Source of the DNA: Tubulanus polymorphus
Taxonomy: Eukaryota > Animalia > Nemertea
Direction: 5' to 3'
NCBI RefSeq assembly: GCF_964204645.1
Contig: NC_134029.1
Coordinates: forward strand, 3,782,001 to 3,846,000
Length of the DNA stretch: 64,000 nucleotides
How positions within the stretch are numbered: the first letter of the stretch is position 1; the number at the start of each line of letters is the position of its first letter. Positions 11,779 through 24,600 of this stretch are shown here, piece by piece. Made by a program: the position numbers and the translations under genes. The notes beneath the pieces were generated by a model. It did no database searches, was not told where the DNA came from, and saw only the letters and a list, made by a program, of their open reading frames with translations.

Positions 11779-12224
11779 GATGACAACTTGAACAGATCAT
11801 TCTCCTCGTATCGCCCGTATCACGCCGGCGGCTGCGTCTCTAATAACAATTTCACTACTGAACACGGTTCGAATATTGTTTGTAACTTCATTCGTTATTC
11901 CGATCATCTTATTGCGTAAGCTTTTACGAAATATCGTAAAGAATATTATAGGTTTTTTTTTCACATGGGCTGCTGCTGCTATTGCTGCTGCTGCGACGAT
12001 GATCGAGTCATTTCGTCACTGCCATTTCACGTCACCGCAAATTAGTTGTAATTTTTGACTGTGTTTCGCAATCAGACCAATTTTCTGTTTTCTGCGCGCG
12101 ACGTGATTCGTTGTGTTAATCCCGAGTTTCACGTAAATCCGTTATTCGTCAGCGTGTAAACACGGCAAACTCATGTCACATCGCGTCGGTGACTCGCCTG
12201 CTAAATTCCAAAGTTTTCTTCACC

Positions 12225-12418
12225 TCTATAGTCGTTACAATATAGCACCTGCAAGAAAACGCGAAGGTAGATATTAAAATCATTTGCCGAATTCTGCAGT
12301 TTCTGCGCAGCTATAAAGTCGTAAAACTAACACCTGCAAAAAAACAGAACAAAGATATTAAAATTAGTTGATGGATTCGGAATATCTTACAAGCACCTGC
12401 GAGAAAACACGAAGAAGA
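12225..12418. repeat. Degenerate triplicated unit, each copy containing a minus-strand splice acceptor
   Basis: cacctgcaagaaaac (12246), cacctgcaaaaaaac (12331) and cacctgcgagaaaac (12394). Copies 1 and 2 also share the flanks ctata..gtcgt and agatattaaaat. Confidence 0.7.
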
Positions 12419-14000
12419 AACGCACTGAAAATAGTTTTGATATGTCATATGAGAAACGCCACGTCTAACCATGACAACCGTCTAGAACTTTGTGTGCCAG
12501 GTGTCATATAGTTAGAAATGATAGATGTTTGAACGGGAAGCCACGCTCATTAGTCTCGTTAGTCGGGTTATCTTTCTATGATGGTTGCTGGAACTAAATG
12601 AATAAGATTCTAAATATAGATAGAATTCGCCGATGTATATTGAAGCATATTCAAAAGTGATTTTTCACGTTTTCTGATGATATTTGATGATCCAATCCAG
12701 AGTCTGATTCCATGCCGCCGAAGCCCACGCCAACACAAACCCTGGCCACAGACCCTTCATTAGTCTAATGCACCGCCCGGAATGTCTTGGGCGGACAGGT
12801 TGACTGTTAGCCGCTGAGCGAGACAACCTGTGATACGGATACAAATTCTCCAGAAAAACCCAAATATTAGACCGATGATTTTCTCAAAGTTGAAAACCGA
12901 CTTTTCTTTAGTATTTGTCTCGCAGTAAAGCGACAACTCCTGTGTATATCCTTGGAGTAATTCAAATGATTACTCCAAGGTAAAGGATTGCCGTAGATAT
13001 TACATCACGTAATTCGGTAATAGTTTATTATTACTCGGTTGCCGTTGACATCAATAACGAGTTGTACTTGTTACATTCTCGCCGGTATAGTTTATGATAT
13101 CATTTCGGCCCCTCCATCATAATCATCACTGTCGCCTGATCAATTTGTCACTCGCCTAACTCTTATTACTTTATGTCTGCTCGAGCGCCGTCACGTCAGT
13201 CAGGATGCGCTGTTGCTTTTCTGTACCGAGTCGGAGTTGCATGGCCGAACCTGGGAGTAAGGGAATGCGCAGAGATAACGTTTTTTATCTAGTTAAAAAT
13301 TATCAAAAGAAGGCTAAAAAAGTCTTTCCTCAGGATAAGGGTAGCAGACTTAGATCAATGAATCAGTTTTCTCGTCCTCTCCTTTAGTCGTTGGTGGCCT
13401 TTTCCAAGAGTGGCCTTTTCCAAAATTGCGGAACAAGCTTCCAGTATGTCCGCGGGCCATTTTATCCATTGATGTTTCCTTTTTAAAGCATTCATCATAT
13501 GAAAGCGCCCGCGAGTTGTTTTCGTTGTATTTAGGATTATCACGATACGATTATCATTTATCGTTAGATGGTTTACTTTCTAGAGCTAGAATAGTCGAAC
13601 CAAATCCGTTTTAGTTACTGACTGACTCTGGGTCTCGATACAGCTGAGTGTGCGAAGTGATTCTGAGCGCTGTTCTTTTATTGACACTACATAAAATAGC
13701 TGCTCTATGCCGAGCAAAATATATGTCAATTTACCTTGTAAGTCGTGTAAGTGGCACGCTGATTGGCACGCTTAAACATATCGAATTTACTTCGATAGAC
13801 TTTTTCCGATACGGCGAAATTGCCGTTCAATGAAAGCGCATGACTAACAGATCCGTCGTAATGGAATCGGTGATAAACGGAGCCGCCGCAAATCAATTTG
13901 GTTCTATTTGAACTGTTCACAGATTGTTGTAGTATCATGTCACCGTTACGAACCACTCCGACGACGCGTTGGAGTCATCGGAATTTAGAACGGCTGCATC

Positions 14001-14017
14001 GCTGCTGCTGCTGCTGC

Positions 14018-14083
<66 letters not shown>

Positions 14084-14131
14084 TGCCGCTGCTGCTGCTG
14101 CTGCCGCTGCCGCTGCTGCTGCTGCCGCTGC
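14001..14131. repeat. Compound trinucleotide microsatellite (GCT)7(GCC)20 plus mixed GCT/GCC
   Basis: Read directly; pure (GCC)20 at 14022-14081. It explains the poly-R/P/Q/C ORFs in the track. Confidence 0.97.
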
Positions 14132-14354
14132 GAATCCTTAGCCGTGAGGTGTGATCTCAGCCGCGCAAATGAACTTTTTGCCACGATTCGCTTGTCTCCC
14201 TCGGTATTGTTTAATGCCTCGACTTCGGCGTCGAAATAAAGTGAATATTGAATGTGATGATGAAGTTCGCGACTGCAGGCGTTTTATATTTAACCACTCT
14301 CCCACATGAACTGTCAAATAAGTCCGTGATCGCATTATAATCGCATGTGATTTC

Positions 14355-14753
14355 TAACAGTAGACGGGGTTAGTTTAACAGTAGACGGGGTTAGTTTATC
14401 GGTAGACGGGGTTAGTTTAACGGTAGACGGGGGTGTTTAACGGTAAACGGGGTTAGTTTAACGGCAGACGGGGTTAGTTTAACGGTAGACGGGGTTAGTT
14501 TAACGGTAGACGGGGGTTAGTTTAACGGTAGACGGGGTCAGTTTAACGGTAGACGGGGTTAGTTTTACGGTAGACGGGTTAGTTTAACGGTAGACGGGGG
14601 TTAGTTTAACGGTAGACGGGGGTTAGTTTAACGGTAGACGGGGTCAGTTTAACGGTAGACGGGGTTAGTTTTACAGTAGACGGGGTTAGTTTAAGAGTGG
14701 ACCGGGTTATTTTAAAAGTAGACGGGGTTAGTTTAACAGTAGACGGGGTTAGT
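14355..14753. repeat. 21-bp minisatellite, about 19 copies (GGGGTTAGTTTAACGGTAGAC)
   Basis: Head-to-tail units with point and 1-2 nt indel variants and no unique spacers. Confidence 0.95.
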
Positions 14754-15000
14754 TGTTGGTTTAAGTTGATTGTATCAAGGGTCAAATTAACATCAGTAAC
14801 TACGACGTATACTCGATGACGTCCAACAGCCAGACTCAGTGACGCCTTTACGATATACCAAATGACGTATATTTGTAACGAGTTATTCAAGAAAATAATA
14901 ATTCTCGAAAAATATGATTAACATTAATCACACACTTGACGTCTTAGGCCTGCTAAGAAATTGAAGGTTCATTGAAACCACAACGCTGAGTCTAACTTTT

Positions 15001-15111
15001 AACGTCATTGAATCTGATTTGATTGTAGGACGTAACTGAATCTGACTTTTGGACGTCACTGAATCTGACTATTGGACGTCACTGAATCTGACTATTGGAC
15101 GTAACTGAATC
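15001..15111. repeat. 23-bp tandem repeat (GGACGTCACTGAATCTGACTATT), about 4-5 copies
   Basis: Near-identical copies at 15028-15111, with a more degenerate copy upstream. Confidence 0.85.
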
Positions 15112-15582
15112 TTAGTGTAAGTGTTAAATGTCACTGATATTGTTTCCAATCCATGGTATTTGACACGGGTTCGTCTGGCAGACAAACCTCGCCGTATTTA
15201 ACATCAATTATATCCGATTAATTCCATATATACATCTAACTGGTGAACATATGATGATATATCGACATACTCAATATTGTTCTGCACTTTGAAACTTTTA
15301 AATCGATCCGTGAATGAAAAACATCTAATCACGCGCTGCTAGAATTTTTATTACCATTATCCTATTTTCATACTTTCCGACGAATGCTATATCATTTACC
15401 GATAAAGATCCCGAATTTCGGGTATGGCCAGAAAATAGCCGGTAATGGCTGATAATGTAGCTTTCAGGATTTTATGGTTTCTACTCTCGTACGTAGCAAT
15501 CACCGCGCGTAACCGCATTGCCACAAAATTGTCGAGAGCACCACGTCGATGATCACATCTGACATCAGACTGCCATGTCTTC

Positions 15583-15698
<116 letters not shown>

Positions 15699-18600
15699 CT
15701 TTCAATTGAATTGCAATATTAAATATTATTCCACATCGATTTATTTCGAGTTCAGACTTTGGTCAAAGTGCTCTTCAAACTAACCGCCGGACGTCCAGCT
15801 ATATTTGTGTATCTGGATGTGTCTGGGTTGGATGGATGAGAAGCTAAAAGGTTTATTTTTTGCTTTGGCGGTGGGAAATGAGCTTGTCAGACAGTTTTAG
15901 TGTCTGTTGATTCATTTGTGACGAGAATATCTAATACCGCACTTGGAAATTGGTGAATATTTTGCCGCATATTATGTCCCATCCGATGATATGATGAAAA
16001 AGCAATTCACAAAGCCTCAAAGAATTGTTAGGTTGACAACGCTCTGGTTAATAAAACTCATATCATCCGCACGCAAAAAATAGGGACGCGTTACAACTTG
16101 AATTCGTTTTTGACGCGTCCTATACGACTGAAAGCTGTATGAGAATATGTTGAAAATACGATTATTGAGACTTGTAGCTGCTGACACAGTGATTGACGCC
16201 TGAAGGTGTTCTCCAGTATCGCCCGCGTTATCGAATGACTGGAAACAACTGATACAACTAGACTGAGATAGATTACAGCTTTAAAGCCTCCCAACCACCG
16301 TCGTATCATCTCGCAGTAACGCTATTTGGAAATATGTATATATCGGTTATTTTCTGTAAAATCCAACAAAATATTGATAAAATTGTTGGTACCACCATAC
16401 CGATTATTGGGAAAGTTTTACTGAACTGACAATTGTGTTTAGTGAACTTTGCTGCCCACTGGCATAATCTTACTGCATAGTTTTTAACGAGTATTTCTAT
16501 ATTCGTAGTACATTTGTATTTTATCGAATCTTATTAACAAAATTTATATTTTCGTTTAACGATAGAATTTTAACGAAACAAATTCAAATTTTCTTGTCGA
16601 ATTTACAAAATAGTTTGGTATTTCAGGAGCCAGTTCCACAGTAACGGGTTAAGATCTAAATATGAGATAGAGTTGTTGTATGTCCTCGATTCTCTTTGAC
16701 GTACAGCAAAAATAGGGAGACATTCTAACTCATTTTACCAGGAAACTGTTACTTTCTAATATTCCCACAGTCGCCATCGGTGATTTCTTCTACTCGAGAT
16801 CTGATTGCGTTATGTCTATTGTCGGCGGAAATAATTCGATTAACCAATGTAACTATGCCATTCTCTCTAAATACATTGAGAACTATATTTACTAACCTGT
16901 CTTTTGCTTAAGCGATATCATGGACTGCGCGCGCGACATTGTTAGAAATGATTGAATTTTTTCTCGATACTAGCAGCTTATTCCTTGACGAGACAGTTTC
17001 ATACGAACCGCCGATGCATATTTATGGAAAATTAGTGAACGCATATCAGTATGAGATGATCGCTTTCTTCGATATCGTTTATACATAATTCCGATGTATG
17101 AATTTTTTTCCGCCTATATTAATCTACGTAGCCAATACAATTAACCTTACTCTCGAGTCCTTCACTCGGTAACCTGGAAGTGTGCAGTTCGCTTTCACTT
17201 GCTCATATATACTTCAACTATCGCGCATTAGATACTGATTTCATATCAACATTGCCGAAAATTCCGTTTAGGAAAAATAGAATTTGATTTTCAAATCGAG
17301 CCATATATGAAATCATTGATAAAGGTTTTTGCCGATTTTATGCCCAGTCATCATCTCAACATTAATTCATTAACATAAAATCAAATAACTATTTTTTCCT
17401 AAATTATATCCTCTCCGTACAACAACGAACGATGTTTATATTTTTTTCGTGAGTTATCAAAACAAGAGCTGTACCGTTACCTGAGCGAGTTGAAATGATA
17501 ACGACTCGTTGCTATAATGTGTGCGGGTGGAGTTCCAGATATGACTATGATGGTATTACGTGCATTAAACAAGCATACTATTGATCCCTCTATCACGCAT
17601 CGCACCAATTCACTACCTTACAACCTGGTTTTGCCAACCTTTTATTTCATTTTTACATTTATGAGCCCCTGGTGTGCCGCTTTATCACCGAGACATGTAA
17701 ATATATGCTTGACTTCTAAAGGGCGCATCAAAATCCCTGATTGTTCTTGGTAATCTGTATTGATTTGTCTTTTGTTATCGAAATTATTTTCTCAACAACA
17801 TATGGCAAGATTTAATTATGCATTTTATCATTTTCATGATTATTTATTCATACAACGACCTTGAAAATACATGTTATTATTTGCACTTGTCGTTATCCGT
17901 CATAAATAATTTTAAGCAATTCATTTTTCTAAGGTTGCAAACCGATAAGCGTGAACGATGATGTCGTGTATTTGGCTGTGTGCCATTGACTGGGATCAAT
18001 CGCGTAAACATAAGAAAACTATTCAATTTACGGCTAGAAAGATGAAAAAATACTTCATTGAAATATTGAAAGATTTGAATATATTTATGATAATAGAACG
18101 AATGGAAGTTAGTCTCAGGGGAAGGCGGCCGGAGGGGAATGCGAATTAAATTTAATTCGAATTAGTTTAACCCGAGAATTTAATCCTGCTACGGAGCACG
18201 ATTAGATCAGATAACTCGAATTGAAAATTAGCCCGCGTTTGTGAGACCGGCCCCAGGGTACGTAGACACCCCGCAACCCTACATCTGGGTGCGGAAAACG
18301 GTCTGGTATAAGCGCATATAATATAAATAAGTGTTAATGTTTTAATCGCAACTGCTGAGTTTCAGTCTATATTATACATTCTCAATATTTACTGGTAATC
18401 ATTGGTAACAGTGCGATTATACTTGATATAATGAACATTTGTTTGCGTTGAAAAAAGCCGATCAATGAAAATAATTAATACGAATGTTCTCGTTAGGTTC
18501 GATAATTATATTAGTGTTTGGATTGAGCGGGTATTAGTGGTACTGAATCTACTTTATCTGATCTCTTCACCGGCTGTGTAGAGGCAATTATTCTCAATTG

Positions 18601-21600
18601 AACCAGACACGTGACGTAGGCATTTAATGCGTACGCCATCGATGTTGAGGAGAATTTTTCGATAATTCCTGTTTTTCGAAGACATTTTTCTAAACGGAAA
18701 TTCGAGTGCGAGAAGATATAACTGCAATTAGAATCGAATCGTTTTTAAATCGAAATGCAAAATCGTGGCTTAATAGATGTGGCAACTGTTCGGATAAGAG
18801 ATCGCAATGGTTAATTTTATCTTTCCGTTGTGTGGTCGCTTAGTTTTGGATTACGGCAATTCGGAGACGATAAAGTCTACATTGAAAACGCATCTCTTGT
18901 CCTGTGTTTGGAAAAATTCTAAGAACATTATATAATATGTTTGCTTTTTACATTACCGGTATTGGTCTGGACAGAGTTGCTGATTTATGATTTCCGTTGA
19001 TTCGACGATAAACTTTCATTTCCATTTCGAATTTATCACGATTTTAGTATCGGTTTAATTGCGAAATGTACGAGCAGCACTTCTTTCGAAAAATCAACTA
19101 ATCAATTTGCCGTTGCCGTGAATCATGCGGGACATGAGCTTTGCGCAAACCGAAGTAATGTATTGAACTTAAAGTATCTCTAGATTTAATTTGACGAGTG
19201 TGCTGAAATTGTCACATGAACGAATGGATGTAATAGAAAATCATGAAAACATACTCAAATGAACCTCTTAATAGTCAATGCATCATAGAGCTTGCTTCAC
19301 TTGAAAACTGAATTCAACGATCATCATGAAACAGTTCTTCGAATAACTTGATCATCGGCAAGTGTACGAAGACAATTTTCAGAATGATTTATACATTAGT
19401 ACAGTCATTAATATTGAATCGTACGGAGCTTCCGAGTTCAGGCGACTGAGTTTGTACAATTGATGTTGATATTATGCCTCTGATATTGTACATGTTGCAG
19501 CAACTGATGCAGATGAACCGATGATGACATTTCTGTCATTCATTTACTCGGAAGCATTTGCAGCCACCGCGAAATCACAGCAATTTTTACAGATTGGCAT
19601 GTACCTCGTACCTCACTCTCCATCTCTCGCTAGTAAACGCGCGTTGTTTCCGGCTGAAATCATAGCACTTTCCGATTCCCAAGCGTTTAATTCGAGTCTG
19701 ATTCAAAATCAAACCTTATTCAACTCGTCACAATCGAATATTGAAAGAAATGAAAGCCTCGGATACTCATTCCAGAAACTTCAGCAAGCCATTTCGAAAA
19801 CTAATACCAAAAACATGGAGACAGTTGCTACCTATAAATGACCTTATTATATCGAAAACTTTTGCAGAATGTATCGCACAGTAATCCCGCATTTAAATGG
19901 AAATTCGCTTAAGTTTGAAATTATCAGCTTAATGTATATCTCGTTTAACGCGAATAAGGTTCATGACTATCTAAACTCGTTGTTGTAGACGAGTATCGCT
20001 TTGCTGCGAAGAGGTTTTGTCTTCTTATGCAAGTTTCACTTGTTGTGTTTACTGTTTGTTGATGTAGCAATTTCTAGTCAGGTTGTTTGTTCATGGGTGT
20101 AATTTCAGACTCATCCCTGACAAGGCCAATACGGCAACATCAGCCGAGCCGTCAGGTAGCAGCAGTCTTTCATAATTGAATTTGATCACGATGGACTGTA
20201 AATTTCCATCGCCTACGACGTGTCTGTCTTATATTTCTGCAGTCATAAACTTATCATGCCTAACGAAGCTCATAGGTTATCATGACTTTCTTCTGCGCGA
20301 ATGGTTCCTATGACATTTATATGAAAAACGCGGTTTCGAATTTTGACAAAAAAGCTTGAAAACAATTTGAGAATGATAATAGCGATGATAATTCGAGCAA
20401 TTTTTAAAACGTCTTTCCACCTATGGCTCTTCCTCCTTAAAACACGATGCGAAACAGCCATTTTTTAATGATTGATTTTAGATTGGTCGATGTTGTTAAA
20501 CGACCTAACGTCGTCATTCGGAAAACGGTGAACGCTCGATCTCGGAGAAGTGAAGTCGCGTGAGATGTGGACATCGAGAGAACTATAGCTTTCGCCATCG
20601 TCTGGCAACACGGTAAGGTCTGATGTAATACCCTTATATAGATGGCTCAGGCGGCATTTTGTTCATGGATGACATAACCATACGAAATCAATTCTTGAAA
20701 GTCCCTTGTGTTAGGATTCGGCTAATTAACTTAACGGACGTTTTTTGTCTCGGTCGCAATAATACGAAGGCAACCACGGCAATCCACTGATACAAATTAA
20801 GCCTCATTCGATATGCATAGGCTCTTTCTGCTTTATTAATGCCGAATACCAAGCTGTGTCAATGTTATCGGTTCATGCTCGGATTTCAGTGAGTATTTGC
20901 CTTCGTTTCTCGAGTCTATTGTCTTCAATTACTCACCGTCATCATTCTATTGCAACACTACATCAGCCAACTGAAGTAGGTTTATCCATATGTATAATCA
21001 TTCTAGGTGTCAGGTTTAGAGAGTGCTTAATAGGGTTGTTCAGTTGAAAAAACCCGGTCGCTACTAGCAGCAAAGCAACAACAAATCTCGTCAAAAAAAA
21101 ACTTCGCAGCAATACTCTTTTCTGTTATGGAATAAACTTCGATTTTTTTCATCAAGTCATAGTGATTTTAGGTTGATTTTACCGTTATGGATACACAACC
21201 ATTAAATACGTCATTCGGATGGGTTTTTGTAGCGAACACAGTGGCTATTTTCATGTTGATCTACCGCTGATGAGCTACTCGGCAAGAACTTCAATTTGCC
21301 AACGCAAATAACATAGATCATTCAGCTTTTTTTACGAGAACAAAGTCATCATTCCGGGATAAGTACCCGCCATTAATTATTATATTGAGAAAAAGCTGAC
21401 TGTTATCACTGGGTTAGTTTGTCCTAATGGAAAATATGAAGAAAAAACTCAGGGAAATCTACAGAACAGTATGTGCTGCATGACCAGCAGTCGCTGGGAA
21501 TTATAGCAACTCTATCGGTTTTAAATAATTTGTCGATGTTATTTTAGGTTATTGTTTCGTCTATTTCTATCTCGTTCGTCTATTCGTCAATAAGATTGTG

Positions 21601-24600
21601 ACATGATGTTGCTCATAAATCAGTTTTCACTTACTTGGTCTCAGTTCCCGGTATATTCAGTTTGCTGTCCCACCACTTTGCGCGGAACGTTACAGCTTGG
21701 CATTTTGCACATAGGCTATTGTTTGTATAGCTGTTGCGCAGTACTGCGAAGAAGTTATCCTTAGAACTGATCTTCTTCCATATAAGATTGAAGTCAAACA
21801 GATATTGTTAGACCAGCAAAATTACCATTTCAAATGCATAATAGGATCCATAGGTTTAGTCGCCGATTGCTACGATTAAGCATTAAACAATCGAACGAAC
21901 GTTTCAGATTCAGACAAAGATTTAGACAATGCCCATTAGAAACTCTAAAATGTACTTTAAATTGGTCTTGTTCGTCGCAGTTTAATATCGACAGATCCGC
22001 GAGGATTATCGATAAACGGATGGCGTCTGCGGAGCGGTGTTATTGTTTTCTTGTCAAATCATTTTAATCGCGCTCTCGGTGAATCAGTGACGCAATAACG
22101 GCGTAGAACATGTTGATTGACTCTTCGTCTGAAGACGCCTTCGAATTCATCTCTCAGAGACAAATTGCTTCATCGCCGCGGATCGTCGGAAATTGTAACT
22201 TCGTCCGAAATGCCATCTGCATTGCCTTACTGTAGTCGTAAAGCGTCATCAGATGGTTCTCGATCCGAGCAATTTAGGATGAAATAAATCAAAGAATTTG
22301 CGGCAAAACGGCATCTATCGTTACTGCCCAAATAGCTTAATGTTCCAACTTGGAAGTCCTATCGATGCTCTTTTGTTGAGTTATTGTGCGATAAATTTTC
22401 TACTTTTCTTAAATCGACCAATACTTAGAAACGTCGAGGCTTATTCGACGTATGGTTTTCATTCATTTCATCTCTCTCATTTTGAGATGTACATATTTAA
22501 CCAAAGGGCACGGATTGGTAGACTCGTCCTATCAAGCAAGAGGTTTACCTTACTTTCATTAATATCAAACTATCGAATGTTAAGTGATATAATGGATAGA
22601 TAAATTTAATGAGCACGCAATCATCTTACCAATTATTTTCAAAAAAATTCCTCTTCATTTTTTTTGTCGTTATACGAAGTACTGAAGATGGTTTATCAAG
22701 TGTTGTGTATGCCAAAATATGCGGCAAAGCAACTTATCTAGAGTTACGATGTTAGAATGGGGGTAACGTCAAGATTTCGACCGTGCTCCCATTATCATAC
22801 ATTCAAGTACATAAAAGCATGTCTGACATGAACTGCACTCAGTGATTCATTGGGTAAAAACATTCGTTTTTATGTTGCACGAGAGGTTATTAAGATTCAA
22901 CACGTAGCGCGTTACGGCGAGCAACTTGAGAAGAAATCTCTGTCAACTCTTAATCAGACACGGAATTGGATGGACGGACTAAAATGCATTAGTTTCGTTA
23001 TATTAAAAATCCAGGGCATCATGATTAGGACAGGTCTCCGACGGGAAGGAATATTTTTATCATTAACACGTATACAATCATTTAGGGTCTTTGGGGATAA
23101 AGGGATCTTTTTGCCATCACCCCATATGACCACGGACGTATAATCTCATTTATACGCCCATGTTATGACTTGAGCAATGATCAGATCAACGAGGACACCC
23201 TGCCATCTCACTAGAATGGCGGGAGTATCAAATAGGGCATTTCATATCAAAATTTAAGTTAATTTTCAACTAAATTTCATCTAGACTTTAAGCCTCCGAC
23301 ATTAGAGGCAAAACATTGTGTCTCGATTGATGAACTCTGATTGATTTCTTAAATGTTCATTCACAGCGCGTTCGTCATCCGTAGAAATTGAGAGAAATGA
23401 TGTATCGATTTTAATCGAATCTACTAAAGCCCATACAACTAAGTCCGCATGTAGCTTTATTATATCGACAACGATATCTAAATCGCCATCCAGGTACCGA
23501 GACCACATGTCCCCGGACGATTTGTGGTTGTCCATTCTATGTTGTAATCTTTATGTTTACAATAAAATTTCAATGGTTAAAAAAAATCCGGGTACTTTTT
23601 TTCGTGGCGTTTGCCTAGAGATGTATTATACCCTTCTTGTCTGATGCATGCATCCATCTTTTTAGGCCAGGTGTTGTGAAAGAGGAATATAACAAGACAA
23701 GTTGCTCTCACATTAAACGAAATGTTCACTATTACTGTAATAGCGTACGAACATGCCGAAACGCCGCAGAAATCATCCTTACTATCTTGACTGCTTGTTT
23801 TATCGGATGCTACAAGAACTAAATTGATGTTAGTTTCCAGTTAGACTACGGCATATTTTGTTCCCACAATAACATCTCCAATTCGCAATCAGATTTAAGC
23901 ATATTTGGCCTCGAACAATAATCGATGTTTGAATTCAGCCTTGAAATATTCGCAAACGTTTTAAGAGTTTTTTAAGAGAAACCGAAAAGTAGTGGATACC
24001 ACTTCCTGTGGAGTTTACGAGCCTACGCAGAAATAGTCATTCAAGAACATTTCCAATATGCGGAATTCTGAAACACTAGTTGAAAAACGGGCTAGTAGAA
24101 ATCTTAAAACGATTTCTAATTACAACGAGTATTAGCAAGTATTTGATATCTGTTGACAAATACAGGGCTTTACGTTTTCAGTATAACCGGTTCAGATTTG
24201 TGACTGTTTCTTAGCAATGACGTCAGAATGATCGTCGTTTGTAAGGAAACGGTGATAGTTAGGTTTACGTGACAATCAAGCTGACATCATTCGGTCATCA
24301 TTGATAGATTTCATTAGGTCTGCACTGATACGCGTGACACGGGTTTTTTGTTTTAGTGAACTGATTGCAGATTTAAGAGCTACAATAACAAAATGGGACC
24401 CAGAAAACGTGTGTCTAACCATTGTTACCGTGCCGACGCTTGATACTCATCCATTCTATACGACAGCTTTGTCAACATTACATTCTCTTAAGTGGCCCTA
24501 CTTTTTCTGCCTTTCCCTGCCAAAAAAGGTTTGCCCGACTAGTTCCTAATTGGCTATTTTTTGTTTTCCCCATTTTACCTACTTCATGGAAAACACGATA

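Noticed and set aside
13898-14239. Protamine-like poly-Arg/Cys, poly-Pro or poly-Gln ORFs
   Set aside because: All are translations of the GCC/GCT microsatellite; the flanks have no protein-like character.
14355-14753. CRISPR array, or a coding repeat (TPSTVKL)n in ORF 14606-14890
   Set aside because: Units are contiguous with no unique spacers, 1-2 nt indels break the frame, and the context is eukaryotic with no cas genes.
21265-21295. Hammerhead ribozyme core (CTGATGAG)
   Set aside because: No stem II followed by GAAA; the other CTGATGA sites I checked also fail.
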